Below are positions 27,107 to 39,433 of a stretch of 64,000 bases of DNA, one piece after another. The position numbers and the translations under genes are program-made. The stretch lies in assembly GCA_951406725.2 (NCBI GenBank), contig OX597818.1, positions 51,336,001-51,400,000 of the forward strand, given 5' to 3'. The stretch's first letter is position 1. Each line of letters starts with the position of its first letter. This DNA comes from Octopus vulgaris (Eukaryota). The notes beneath the pieces are model-generated. The model made no database searches, was not told where the DNA came from, and was given only the letters and a program-made list of their open reading frames with translations.

Positions 27107-28212
27107 GGTGCAGGAGTGGCTGTGTGGTAAGTAGCTTGCTTACCAACCACATGGTTCCTGGTTCAGTCCCACTGCGTGGCACCTTGGGCAAGTGTCTTCT
27201 GCTATAGCCTCGGGCCGACCAATGCCTTGTGAGTGGATTTGGTAGACGGAAACTGAAAGAAGCCTGTGGTATATATATATGTATTTGTGTGTCTGTGTTT
27301 GTACCCCTAGCATTGCTTGACAACCGATGGTGGTGTGTTTACGTCCCCGTCACTTAGCGGTTCGGCAAAAGAGAACGATAGAATAAGTACTGGGCTTACA
27401 AAGAATAAGTCCCGGGGTCAATTTGCTCGACTAAAGGCGGTGCTCCAGCATGGCCGCAGTCAAATGACTGAAACAAGTAAAAGAGAGTTTGCTTTTATTC
27501 CAGAGTATGTTTGTTCCTTCTCGAGCCACGCCTGGCTCATAAGGGCCTGTTTCCTGGTCCATTGCAGGTGAGCTGCAAGATGCAGGAGGAAAGCATGAGA
27601 GAAAGTTGTGGCGAAAGAGTCAGTAGAAGTTCACCATTACCTTCTGCCAGAGACACATGGAGCTTAGGTGTTTCACTCATAAACACACACATCGCCCAGT
27701 CTGAGATTCGAACCCGCGAGCCCTTGACCATGTGCCTCCATTCCAGAGTCTACTCTCATGCATTTTCTTTTTTTTCTTCTCTAGTTTCAGCTCAGAGCTG
27801 TGGCCATGCTGGTGCACCGCCGTTTGGTCAACATTGTTTCACCTTACTCTCTCTCTCTCTTTACTCTTTTACTTGTTTCAGTCATTTGACTGTGGCCATG
27901 CTGGAGCACCGCCTTTAGTCGAGCAAATCGACGCCGGGACTTATTCTTTTGTAAGCCCAGTACTTATTCTATTGGTCTCTTTTGCTGAACCGCTAAGTGA
28001 CGGGGACGTTAACACACCAGCATCGGTTGTTAAACGATGTTGGGGGTACAAACACAGACACACAAACATATACACACACATACATATATATATACATATA
28101 TACAACAGGCTTCTTTCAGTTTCCGTCTACCAAATCCACTCACAAGGCATTGGTCGGCCCGGGGCTATAGCAGAAGACACTTGCCCAAGGTGCCTTGCAG
28201 TGGGACTGAACC
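27107..28212. mobile_element. Two family A SINEs in tail-to-tail inverted orientation with another SINE fragment between them
   Basis: + copy 27107-27487 and - copy ~27860-28212, highly similar. Confidence 0.8.
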
Positions 28213-28815
28213 TTATTTTTATTTTGTTTTTTTTCCTGTTCCTAATTAAGTTGTATTTAGATTACAATCTGCACAATTCTCTTCTTTACATCCACTGAAA
28301 TGAAGGACACGTTCATTTCTAAGCATTTGAAAATTATTCTCATTGGATGACCAGCTTTCATATCAGCCTGAAAGATATCCTCCTCATCGTTTTAATCTCT
28401 TTTACTCTTTCATTTGACTGCAGCCATGCTGGAGCACCACCTTTAGTCAAACAAATCAACCCCAGGACGTATTCTTTGTAAGCCTAGTATTTATTCTAAC
28501 AGTCTTTTTTGCCGAACCGCTAAGTTACAGGGACGTAACACAGATACTGTTTCATTTCGTTATTTTTCTTCTTTTTTTGCCACATAATGAGTTACAAATA
28601 CTGTTGTCTGTGGAGACATATTTTTCTAGTAAAAGGAAATAGTAGTTTTCTGGCTGCTATTTCTAATACTTTCAGTATGTGGTCTAGCAACTTGTTGCAA
28701 AGGCCCTCATTGTTATAATTAGATATAATTTTACCGAATATGGTCCTTTTCCATACTGAAATACTACTTGGTGAAATTTGTTGATTTTATTAAATTAATT
28801 ATATTTCACCCTTTA

Positions 28816-28847
<32 letters not shown>

Positions 28848-30311
28848 CGACAGGCTTCTTTCAGTTTCCATCTACCAAATCCACAAACAAGGCTTTGGTT
28901 GGCCTGACGCTATAGTAGAAGACACTTGCTCAAGGTGCCATGCAGTAGGACTGAACCTGGGACCATGTCATTGGTAAGCATGCTACCTACCACACAGCCA
29001 CTCCTGTGCCTGTAATACTTTCCCATGCTTGCATGGGTTGGATGTAATAAGCTGACACACATTTTGTACAGCTGAATGCCCTTTCTGTCACCAGCCACCA
29101 CCACCTGTTTCCCAACAAAGCAATACTTCCCCAGGGCCTGGCATGGTTTTCATGGGAGACTGGAAGCAAACAACTTCAATGATATCTACAATCATCATGA
29201 TGCCTAGACAAGGGTACACACACACACACACACACACATAAGATTCTTTCAGTCTCTGTCTAGCAAATTCAATTACAAATCTTTGGTCAGCTCAAAGCTG
29301 TAGTAGAAGACATTTGCTCAAAGTGCTGTACAGTGGGATTGAACCTGAAACCACATTTTTAGGAAGCAAGCTTCTTAAGTACATAGCCACACATGTGCCT
29401 ATCTATTCATATCATCATCATCATCATCATTTAGCGTCCGCTTTCCATGCTAGCATGGGTTGGACGGTTCAAACGGGGTCTGGGAAGCCAGAAGGCTGCA
29501 CCAGGCCCAGTCTGATCTGGCAATGTTTCTACGGCTGGATGCCCTTCCTAACGCCAACCACTCCGTGAGTGTAGTGGGTGCTTTTTACGGGCCATCGAAC
29601 AGTTAATAATTATTTGTGGTCTTAAACATTACACACGTATTTGCACATTTTTGATGAAAGACCGAGACCTCTGGAGATTTTCTGTGATTGAGAAGACTCA
29701 GCAAGGAAAGTGAGGTCCCAGCCATAGCCTACACCAGGGTCGCATAAGAGCATAACCAGCCCATTTAAGAAGTATCTTTGAATCATCGGGTGATCAAAAT
29801 CAAATCAAATGGAAATTGTAGCTGGTGGAATGCAATAAGCACCATTCATGTGTGGGTCCCTATCAGAGCCCACCTGACTGGCTCCCTGTGCTGGTAGCAT
29901 GTAAAAAGCACCATCTGAACATGGTCAATGCCAGCCCCCCTTGCCCTGACTGGCTTCTGTGCTGGTAGCATGTAAAAAGTACCATACAAACATAGCTGAT
30001 GCCAGTGCCACCTGACTGGCTCCCATGCAAGTGGTACATAAAAAGCACCCATTACACTCTCAGAGTGGTTGGTGTTAGGAAGAGCATCCAGCCGTAGAAA
30101 CATTGCCAGATCAGGTTGGAGCCTGGTGTGGCCTCCTGGCATGCCAGTCCCCAGTCAAACCTATGCCAGCATGGAAAATGATGATGATGAAGGGTTAAAG
30201 GTGTTGAGCTAGCAGAATCATTAGCATGTCAGATGAAATGCTTAGTGGTATTTCATCCATGCTTATATTCTAAGTTCAAATTCTGCTGAGGTCGACTTTG
30301 CCTCTCATCCG

Positions 30312-31428
30312 TCATCATCATCATTTAACGTCCATTTTCCATGCTAGCATGGGTTCAACTGGGGTCTGGGAAGCCAGGAAGCTGCACCAGGCTCCAGTCT
30401 GATCGGGCAGTGTTTCTACAGCTGGATGCCCTTCCTAACGCCAACCACTCCGTGAGTGTAGTGGGTGCTTTTTACGTGCCGCTAGCAGAGGTGCCAGGGG
30501 AGGCTGGCAACAGCCATGATTGGTTGGTGCTTTTTATGTGTCACAGGAACGGAAGCCAGTCAAGGCGGCGCTGGCATCAACCACATTCGGATGGTGCATT
30601 TTACGTGGCACTGGCACAGGCTGACAACGGCCATGATCGGTTGATGCTTTTTATGTTCACAGGCACGGAAGCCAGTCAAGGCGGCGCTGGCATCGACCAC
30701 ATTCGGATGGTGCTTTTTACGTGCCACTGGCACAGGCTGGCAACGGCCATGATCGGTTGATGCATTTTACGTGTCACAGGCACGGAAGCCAGTCAAGGCG
30801 GCACTGGCATTGACCACATTCGGATGGTGCTTTTAACGTGCCACTGGCACAGGCTGGCAACGGCCATGATCGGTTGATGCATTTTACGTGTCACAGGCAC
30901 GGAAGCCAGTCAAGGCGGCACTGGCATTGACCACATTCGGATGGTGCATTTTACGTGGCACTGGCACAGGCTGGCAACGGCCATGATCGGTTGATGCATT
31001 TTACGTGTCACAGGAACGGAAGCCAGTCAAGGCGGCACTGGCATTGACCACATTCGGATGGTGCATTTTACGTGGCACTGGCACAGGCTGACAACGGCCA
31101 TGATCGGTTGATGCATTTTACGTGTCACAGGCACGGAAGCCAGTCAAGGCGGCACTGGCATTGACCACATTCGGATGGTGCTTTTTACGTGCCACTGGCA
31201 CAGGCTGGCAACGGCCATGATCGGTTGATGCATTTTACGTGTCACAGGAACGGAAGCCAGTCAAGGCGGCGCTGGCATTGACCACATTCGGATGGTGCTT
31301 TTTACGTGCCACTGGCACAGGCTGGCAACGGCCATGATCGGTTGATGCATTTTACGTGTCACAGGAACGGAAGCCAGTCAAGGCGGCGCTGGCATTGACC
31401 ACATTCGGATGGTGCTTTTTACGTGCCA
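30312..31428 (-). repeat. Family C SINE with an amplified ~117-bp tandem unit (8 copies)
   Basis: ggaagccagtcaaggcgg recurs at 30551, 30667, 30784, 30901, 31018, 31135, 31252 and 31369. Confidence 0.9.
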
Positions 31429-31609
31429 TATCCTTTCAGATAAAATAAGTACCAGTAGAGCACAGGGGTCGATATAATTGACTTAACTATACCTGGGTAA
31501 GGATATAAAAACTGTACCCTTCGGCCAAGCCATATTGAACCAGTGTGGCAGGGTAGACTCATCAAACCAGTATGATCTCGAGCTCAAATTCATGGCCTTC
31601 ACATTGGAC

Positions 31610-32296
31610 TATGGTTGCCAGCGCCGCCTCGACTGGCTTCCGTGCCAGTGGCACGTAAAATGCACCATCCGAATCGTGGCCGAAGCCAGTGCTGCCTGGA
31701 CTGGCTTCCGTGCCAGTGGCACGTAAAATGCACCATCCGAATCGTGGCCGAAGCCAGTGCTGCCTGGACTGGCTTCCGTGCCAGTGGCACGTAAAGCACC
31801 ATCCGAATCGTGGCCGAAGCCAGTGCTGCCTGGACTGGCTTCCGTGCCAGTGGCACGTAAAAAGCACCATCCGAATCGTGGCCGAAGCCAGTGCTGCCTG
31901 GACTGGCTTCCGTGTCAGTGGCACGTAAAAAGCACCATCCGAATCGTGGCCGAAGCCAGTGCTGCCTGGACTGGCTTCCGTGTCAGTGGCACGTAAAAAG
32001 CACCATCCGAATCGTGGCCGAAGCCAGTGCTGCCTGGACTGGCTTCCGTGCCAGTGGCACGTAAAATGCACCAATCCGACCGTGGCCGATGCCAGCCTCC
32101 CCTAGCACCAGTGCAGGTGACTCGTAAAAAGCACCCACTACACTCACAGAGTGGTTGGCGTTAGGAAGGGCATCCAGCTGTAGAAACTTTGCCAGATAAG
32201 ACCGGAGCCTGGTGCAGCCTTCTGGCTTCCCAGACCCCAGTTGAACCGTCCAACCCATGCTAGCATGGAGAACGGACGTTAAACGATGATGATGAT
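31610..32296 (+). repeat. Family C SINE with an amplified 68-bp tandem unit (about 7 copies)
   Basis: gactggcttccgtg recurs at 31631, 31699, 31767, 31833, 31901, 31969 and 32037; (gat)n tail. Confidence 0.9.
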
Positions 32297-33606
32297 GCTG
32301 ATGCCCTCCTGCTCTGTACTGAACACAAGCAACCGATCCAATCCACTCAAAGGCTTAACAGACAATGCATAAAAGAAAACAGTTAAGAACAAACAAAAAT
32401 GACAAAAGAACAGTATTTTGATTTCTTTGTTTTTTTTTTTTTAGATATTTTTCTTTCTTTCTTTTATTCATTCCATGAGAGAAAAAAAAAATTTAGGTAT
32501 TTGTTCATATTGCTACTGTTTAGGAGATATACTTTCTCTCCTGCTTCTTTTTTTTTCTTTCTTTTTTTAAAATTTTTTAAATGGATCTGCTTCTTAAAAG
32601 ATTTTTGCCAGAACAAGTTTGGAGATAGAATTGTGTTAAAAAAACCCCAAAAAAACAAAAAGAACCTTCTTGAAAAATCCTACACAGGAGATGACAATAG
32701 TGACTTTCAGCGGGGTGTTGATCAAGATATTATTTTTTCGCAGAAATGTTTGATAAATTCTCAAGCTTTCTAACTGTTCTGGGTTTTGTATGGACATGGT
32801 GACGGGGGGATAAAATGCTTTTAAAAATATTATAGTTGTTGATTAAAAATGACAATGGGGTTGTTGCTATGAACTGATGAGATATATGCTGGTAATAATA
32901 ACTCAATCATTTCCTTCTTGTCTTTAGATTATGTTGTTTTGTTTTTTTTTGGTTTCTATATGGCGTACATATTCCAGTTTACACTACAAAGGGAGAAGAT
33001 GAAATAAAGAGCTGAACTTACTGAAATAAAACTCTTGAAATCTGATAAATACGTTAGAAAACTTGTTTTCCTACTTTGAAATTACACCCAACTCCTTAAT
33101 TATGTTAAGAGGATTCTTTCCATTGTGAGAAATTCTGTGAATCACCAGAACTTCTGAGCGTGTATGCATACACACACACACACACACATACAGACACACT
33201 TGCTGTTTTTCTATACACAAACTGAGAAGATATCTTGCAGAACAGTCGTTATTTTAGGGAGATATGTCTTATAATCACCTGAAGAGACACATCTACACTG
33301 CCGGCTACTCCTAAACCAGTTGTTCAGTATCCCACCTGAGAGGGATCATTGTTAGATGGGTCAAAAAAATTGCAGTGGTTCTCGTATTTTCCATCTGTCT
33401 CTCTCATTAATCAAATATCTATATACATACATACATATATATATATACACACACACACACATACATAGATACACACAAACACACATGGTGGTTCAAAATT
33501 GTACAGTAAACTTAAGACATAGACAGATGAGGGAACAACGAACAAGGTGTATTAGTTTGACGCTCAGGAAAAATGGAAGAGTATTTGACGTTTCGAGCCT
33601 ATGCTC

Positions 33607-33676
<70 letters not shown>

Positions 33677-33730
33677 AAATAAGCAACAAGGCTATCCAGA
33701 GATACACGCACACACTCATATACATATATA

Positions 33731-33918
33731 TATAAAATTTAAAGGACTGACCACTAAAAGTGGACGGTCAATATGCTAGATATAGACGTTAAAATCGCTA
33801 TTTTCCACGAAGAACGTGTTCTCAAATAAACACGTTCTTCATGGAAAATAGCGATTTTGATGTCTATATCTAGCATATTGATCGTCGACTTTTAGTGGTC
33901 AGTCCTTTAAATTTTGTA
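33731..33918. repeat. Near-perfect fold-back (~90-bp arms, ~8-nt loop) next to a TA microsatellite
   Basis: tataaaatttaaaggactgaccactaaaag...agaacgtgtt is mirrored by aacacgttct...cttttagtggtcagtcctttaaattttgta. Confidence 0.92.
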
Positions 33919-34719
33919 TGTAAAAATATTTTAATCTTCGGATTTCTTTAATATGCTCGGCCACTGGTTTTAATTGATTAATATCAATTTCTACCCTTAT
34001 TCAATTTTATATATATATATATATGTATGTATACATATGTATATGTATATATATATATATATATATATAATATGCACAATTTAAACTTTTGCTTCACTTA
34101 ATCAACGCTAGAAAATGAAATTCCAAAACAGAATTTATTCTTTCCTAATAATCCCTATTAGTTCAGCTGTAATCGACATATAAATAGTGTCGAACAAATC
34201 CAGTCCTGCCCCGCTCAAAACCCAGTAACATTAAGGCACATATACACACACACACAAACACATATTAAGATGTTAACACTGCCTAAGTATCACACAGAAT
34301 GCATGCGTGTGCATGCACGATGCACACTTATAGAAACATGTATCAAAAGTCTCCCCTCGCTTAGTACAAAACAAGCTGACACACATTTCGGGAATTTCTT
34401 AATCTGCTAGTTTCCTACATACAAAATCGGGCATTCTACCAGTGTTTATATTAGCATGTAGACAAATTCTCTGCAATAATTGATTGTGAAGAAATAAAAT
34501 TCGAGAAAGGAAGAGTTGAAAAAAAAAAAAGTGGGGTGTAAGAAAGAAAAAAACCCCAACTTAATGCTGTCTCTCCCTAATGCTAAGTAGACTAAAACAA
34601 GATCCAAGATTCATTTTCATTTTGACAAAAATCCTTTTCAGAAAAATCATTGGCCCTGGAGGGGTGGTCGGTGGTAGGAGGATAAATAAAAAATCCAAGT
34701 ATCATTTCTTGTTAAGCTT

Positions 34720-34720
<1 letters not shown>

Positions 34721-34776
<56 letters not shown>

Positions 34777-34783
34777 ATGTGTA

Positions 34784-34851
<68 letters not shown>

Positions 34852-35020
34852 TATGTGTATATACATATATATTTATATACATAATATATGTATATGTGTG
34901 TGTATATATATATATATATATATGTGCATATATATATATATATATATATGTATATGTGCATATATATATATGTATATGTGTGCATATATAAATATATATA
35001 CATACATATATATATATATT
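34721..35020. repeat. Compound (TA)n/(TG)/(CA) microsatellite, ~300 bp
   Basis: Direct reading; explains the YIYIYI ORFs. Confidence 0.97.
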
Positions 35021-35519
35021 ATTTTTCTTTTCCATATTTTAATCTAAATTTGAATATCTCGGAATTTTCAAAGATTTTCTTAGGGAATTTTTCACGAAGG
35101 TAACCTTAAAGTTCTTTTCTTTTCTTTTCTATCTGTATGGTTGTGCATGCATATGTGTTTATGCGTTTGCATTAAGGGGGTAGGGAAGGGGAAGGGGGGG
35201 GGAGAATGAGAGATAGAGAGAAAGAGATAAATTTCCATGTGTTCTAGCCCTGAGATCCTTTGCTCTCCAAACTTTTATAATTATTATTAATTATAATTAT
35301 AATTATTATTAAAAAAAAAAAAAAAAAAAAAAAAGAAATGTAGTGCAAATAGTCATGTGATTAGATGTTGGCAGGACCAACAATCTAGTGAAAATCTGAT
35401 CTACAAGCTGAAATGAGTTCTACTTCATTGAGATTATTTTTTTTTTTTGTTTTAAAGTATTATTTTTTTTTACTTATTTATTTTTACTTTTTACCCCTCC
35501 TCCCCAAAAACTGAAAGGT

Positions 35520-35653
35520 TTACATGGTGAAAATGTTGTCCACTGGTTCCCATGAGTTGTAACGATTGCTGTAACCTTTCCATTTGACCAAAACCTCTTG
35601 ATGACCTTTCTGCACACGTTTCTTTAAGACTTTCTCTACAATAAAAACCTCAC
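35520..35653 (-). CDS. Terminal exon encoding a chromodomain (SEVFIVEKVLKKRVQKGHQEVLVKWKGYSNRYNSWEPVDNIFTM*)
   Basis: Long pyrimidine tract plus ttccag acceptor; phase 1 matches the 55967 donor; VE....KR...G..E.LVKWKGY....NSWEP..NI chromodomain pattern; TAA at 35520-35522. Confidence 0.88.
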
Positions 35654-35828
35654 CTGGAAAGAGATGAAACACAGAAAAGAACACAGGTGTTATTAATTAA
35701 TTAACAGGTTACTCACAGCAGTGTCACGGTAGCTGTGGTTAGAATAGCAGAGGATTGGTAGAGAGAAAATGGTTAAACAGAGAAACGAACTAGTTGGAAT
35801 AAAGAGAGGGAGTATAAGAGAGAGAGAG

Positions 35829-35862
<34 letters not shown>

Positions 35863-36145
35863 AATGGTAGCTGTAGGATGGGAGTAGTTGTGGGGGAAAG
35901 AAGAGACAGGAATCTCTACAATAAGGTATAATAAATTGATGAGTGGTTCCAATGATGTCTGACACAAAGAGACTGAAGCAGTTTAATTAGTTGATGCTAA
36001 GCTGTCCCAAGTATAACATTGGTTTTAATTGGTTTAAGTGAACTAGACAACACAAGGTGTTATAGATGACTGGAGGAGAGACCTCCTGCTCACCAGGAGC
36101 GGGAGCGGACACATAAGTTATGGTCACAGTCAGGTCAGGTCTCAC

Positions 36146-36243
36146 CCATGTCTTATGGTTGAGTAGTTAGCAATAAGAAGGCCGGACAAGCAACTGTTGA
36201 AGACAATTACTCCAGCAAAGCCTGTCCCACCCATGCAGCTAAG
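36146..36243 (-). other. Candidate alternative exon with an immediate stop (ACT TAG) in the incoming phase
   Basis: ttttttatgcatttcacag acceptor and CATGG/gtgaga donor in unique sequence; no transcript evidence. Confidence 0.4.
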
Positions 36244-36544
36244 CTGTGAAATGCATAAAAAAAAAACCCTTTGTAGTCTTTGGCTTTGATCTAACCAACT
36301 ATACTCCGCCCCCAAACCCTTGTGGCAAATAAAAGAATTGTTATGTAGGCCTGCGACTGGGAGAATTGATAAAATACCTTTGAGTTAGCGTTTAGTTTTC
36401 TATCTTTCTGTATTGGTTTCAAATCCTGTGAAAGTCAAACTTGCTTTTTATGAGTTCTGGGTCAATAGAATATAGGTACTAGTCAAACAAAGAGATCAAT
36501 ATAATCAATATAATGTGCCATTGTGGAGAAATTAGAATCATTAT

Positions 36545-37010
36545 CCGATGACTGGCACCCATGCCAGTGGAGTGCTAACACCGCCATCCAAGCGGGATCA
36601 CTGCCAGAGCAGCTGTCTGGCTTCCGTGCCAGTGGGCATGTAAAAAGCACCATTCAAGTGTGATCGTTACCAGCGTCGCCTTACTGGCACTTGTGCCGGT
36701 GGCATGTGAACAAAACATTCGAGCGAGGTCGTTGCCAGTGCCGCTGGCCTGACTCCTGTGCAGGTGGCACATAAAAAACACCATTTTCGAGCGTGGCCGT
36801 TGCCAGTACCACCAGACTGGCCCTCGTGCCGGTGGCACATAAAAGCACCCACTACACTCTTGGAGTGGTTGGCGTTAGGAAGGGCATCCAGCTGTAGAAA
36901 CTCTGCCAGATCAGATAGGAGCCTGGTGCAGCCATCTGGTTCGCCAGACCTCAGTCATCACCCAACCCATGCTAGCATGGAAAGCGAACGTTAAACAATG
37001 ATGATGATGA
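36545..37010 (+). mobile_element. (GAT)n-tailed SINE, family C, long copy
   Basis: Several internal units, family core and tail. Confidence 0.85.
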
Positions 37011-38282
37011 TTAATAGGATTGGGTCCTTGCACAATTTACATGAGTGATGACAAAATGTAGTCGAGTATAGTTAAATCTATTTATGCAGTGAGTTCAAAT
37101 CCCACAGAGGTCAATTTTGCTTTTCATCTTTTCAGGTTCAATAGAATAAAATACCAGTTGGAGGTTGATGGTATGAACTAACTCCTTCCCTTGAAAACTG
37201 CTGGCCTTGTGCCAAAATCCAAAGGCAATAATTTTATGAATTATTGTTTTCCGGAAGGCAGCGAGCTGGCAGAATTGTTAACACAGAGGGCAAAATGCTA
37301 CAAAGTATTTTGTAGTTTTGTAGCATTTCCCTCAGGTTTACATATTCAGAGCTTAAATGCAGCCGAAGTTGTCTTTGCTTTCAGCTCATCTTTTCTCTGG
37401 CATAGTGCAACCCCCAGTACTACAATATCCAGTGAGTCTTTCTTTGTGAAGACCGGAAGCTGTGAAACGAAAGAGATTTGGCTGCTATTTCTAGCAGTTT
37501 GGATAGCCACACAGGGGTTCCTTTCTTGTACGAAGCTGAGTTTTCGGAAAACAAAAGGAGAAATATATGAGCAAATACAGAAGAAGATCTCTGTGTGTGA
37601 AAGGATGGAAATAGTGATAAGTAAGGGGTAAAGAACAAGGGAAGTAATTAGCTGGTGGCAAACGGAAAATAAGGGACACAAGTATTAAGGGATTGACACA
37701 CGAATAAAAGAGGTTGGGGGGTGGTGTTAATGTGAGTATCAGTTAAACATTACTCACTGCACTAGCACTTGGTGTCATCTCAAATTCAGGATTTAGAGAA
37801 CATTGGTGCATTATATCAAGGAACCTTTCAAAAATAGAGTTATATTTAAAGAAAAGAAATAAGGATGATGATGGTAATGATGATGGTGATGGCGATGATG
37901 ATAATGATGATGTTGATGATGAGGAGTTCTCACATTGAATCTAGACTATGTGCTTGGAAAAGGAGTGTAATGGATGAAACAATCAACTGATGTGATTCGA
38001 GCAAGTGCCTGGAACTTATTTTATCGATCACCGAAAAGATGAAAAGGCAAAAAGTGAGTGGATTTGTTCGATGGAAACTGAAAGGAGCCTGTTGTGTGTG
38101 TGTGTGTACCCTTGTTTTGATGTTACGTGAGATTTGTAAAAGAGCATTGCTGTCATACAGAGCAAAGTGGTTTGTTTTCCAGTGTTCCGTGAAAAAAAAA
38201 TCATGTCAGGCCACGAGAAAAATATTACCTTGTTTGGAAACAGGTGAGGGTTGTGACCCATGCAAGCATGAAAAAGTGGACA

Positions 38283-38971
38283 TTAACCCTTTAGCATTCA
38301 GATTTTATTTATTTATGCACACTTTTCAAGTCTAGCCAGGCTCATGGGCCAGGTCTCTGTGATATATGTGTTCCCTCCAATCATGACTGTTACTTATTTT
38401 ACTAATTCTTTCTTTGACCCTCTGACACACAACAAAGTACTACCTACCAATAAGGGTTTCTCTATATGGCACTCTGACCGACCTGCATGAAATAGAAGCT
38501 AAATCTCTCTCAAACCAGCTGGATGGGATGCCAGTCTTTCACAGCGTTACTCAAGAAACAGGAAGAGAGAGTGAGAGAAAGTTGGGGCGAAAGAGTACAA
38601 CAGGGGTCGCCACCACCCCCTGCCGGAGCCTCATGGAGCTTTTAGGTGTTTTCACTCAATAAACACTCACAACGCCTGGTCTGGGAATTGAAACCGCGAT
38701 CCTCCGACTGCGAGTCCGCTGCCCTAAACACTGGGCCATTGCGCCTTCTTAGCATTCAGATTACTTTGTCAAATGTAATGCTTATTTATTCGTTGTTTTG
38801 AATTACTCATGCATTATCTTGTAGCTTTGAGGTTTCGATGATGTGGTTGTATATTGTTAGAATGGCATTGTAGGATAGGTGTGAGAGGCCAGATCTGACC
38901 AGTTTAATACAACAAAGACAAAGGGAGAATATTTTGGCTTGATATGGATGGTTTAAATGTTAAAGGGTTAA
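38283..38971. mobile_element. piggyBac-type MITE interrupted by a tRNA-headed SINE (minus strand, ~38305-38748)
   Basis: ttaacccttt...aaagggttaa ends; 14-bp duplication ttagcattcagatt flanks the SINE. Confidence 0.75.
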
Positions 38972-39049
38972 ATGGAGATGCTGATGAATGCAAAGAGGCA
39001 AAATGTATTCTCCCTGATTATGTGATGTGTATTTATCAAGACCATGACA

Positions 39050-39433
39050 TACTCTTTTACTCTTTTCAGTCATTTGACTGTGGCCATGCTGGAGCACCGC
39101 CTTTAGTCGAGCAAATCGACCCCGGGACTTATTCTTTTTGTAAGCCCAGTACTTATTCTATCGGTCTCTTTTGCCGAGTCGCTAAGTGACGGGGACGTAA
39201 ACACACCAGCATCGGTTGTCAAGCAATGCTAGGGGGACAAACACAGACACACAAATATATATATATATACGACAGGCTTCTTTCAGTTTCCGTCTACCAA
39301 ATCCACTCACAAGGCATTGGTCGGCCCGGGGCCATAGCAGAAGACACTTGCCCAAGATGCCACGCAGTGGGACTGAACCCGGAACCATGTGGTTGGTTAG
39401 CAAGCTACTTACCACACAGCCACTCCTGCGCCT
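39050..39433 (-). mobile_element. Family A SINE, full length and CpG-rich (young)
   Basis: Complete head ggcgcaggagtggctgtgtggtaag through tail. Confidence 0.88.

Noticed and set aside
27107-27180. tRNA-like sequences with A and B boxes (also ~26217 and ~38680-38745)
   Set aside because: They are SINE heads that continue into SINE bodies; no complete cloverleaf
30460-32100. CRISPR-like regular repeats with palindromic units
   Set aside because: Units are contiguous with no unique spacers, match the internal units of the family C SINE, and no cas genes are present; the DNA is eukaryotic
35645-35660. AG/GTGAG at the chromodomain exon start resembles a recursive splice site
   Set aside because: Explained by the codons Ser-Glu-Val; no downstream exon was identified that would use it
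37191-37681. Overlapping 111-146 aa ORFs on both strands
   Set aside because: Built from decayed family B SINE and other repeat fragments; no domain similarity recognised
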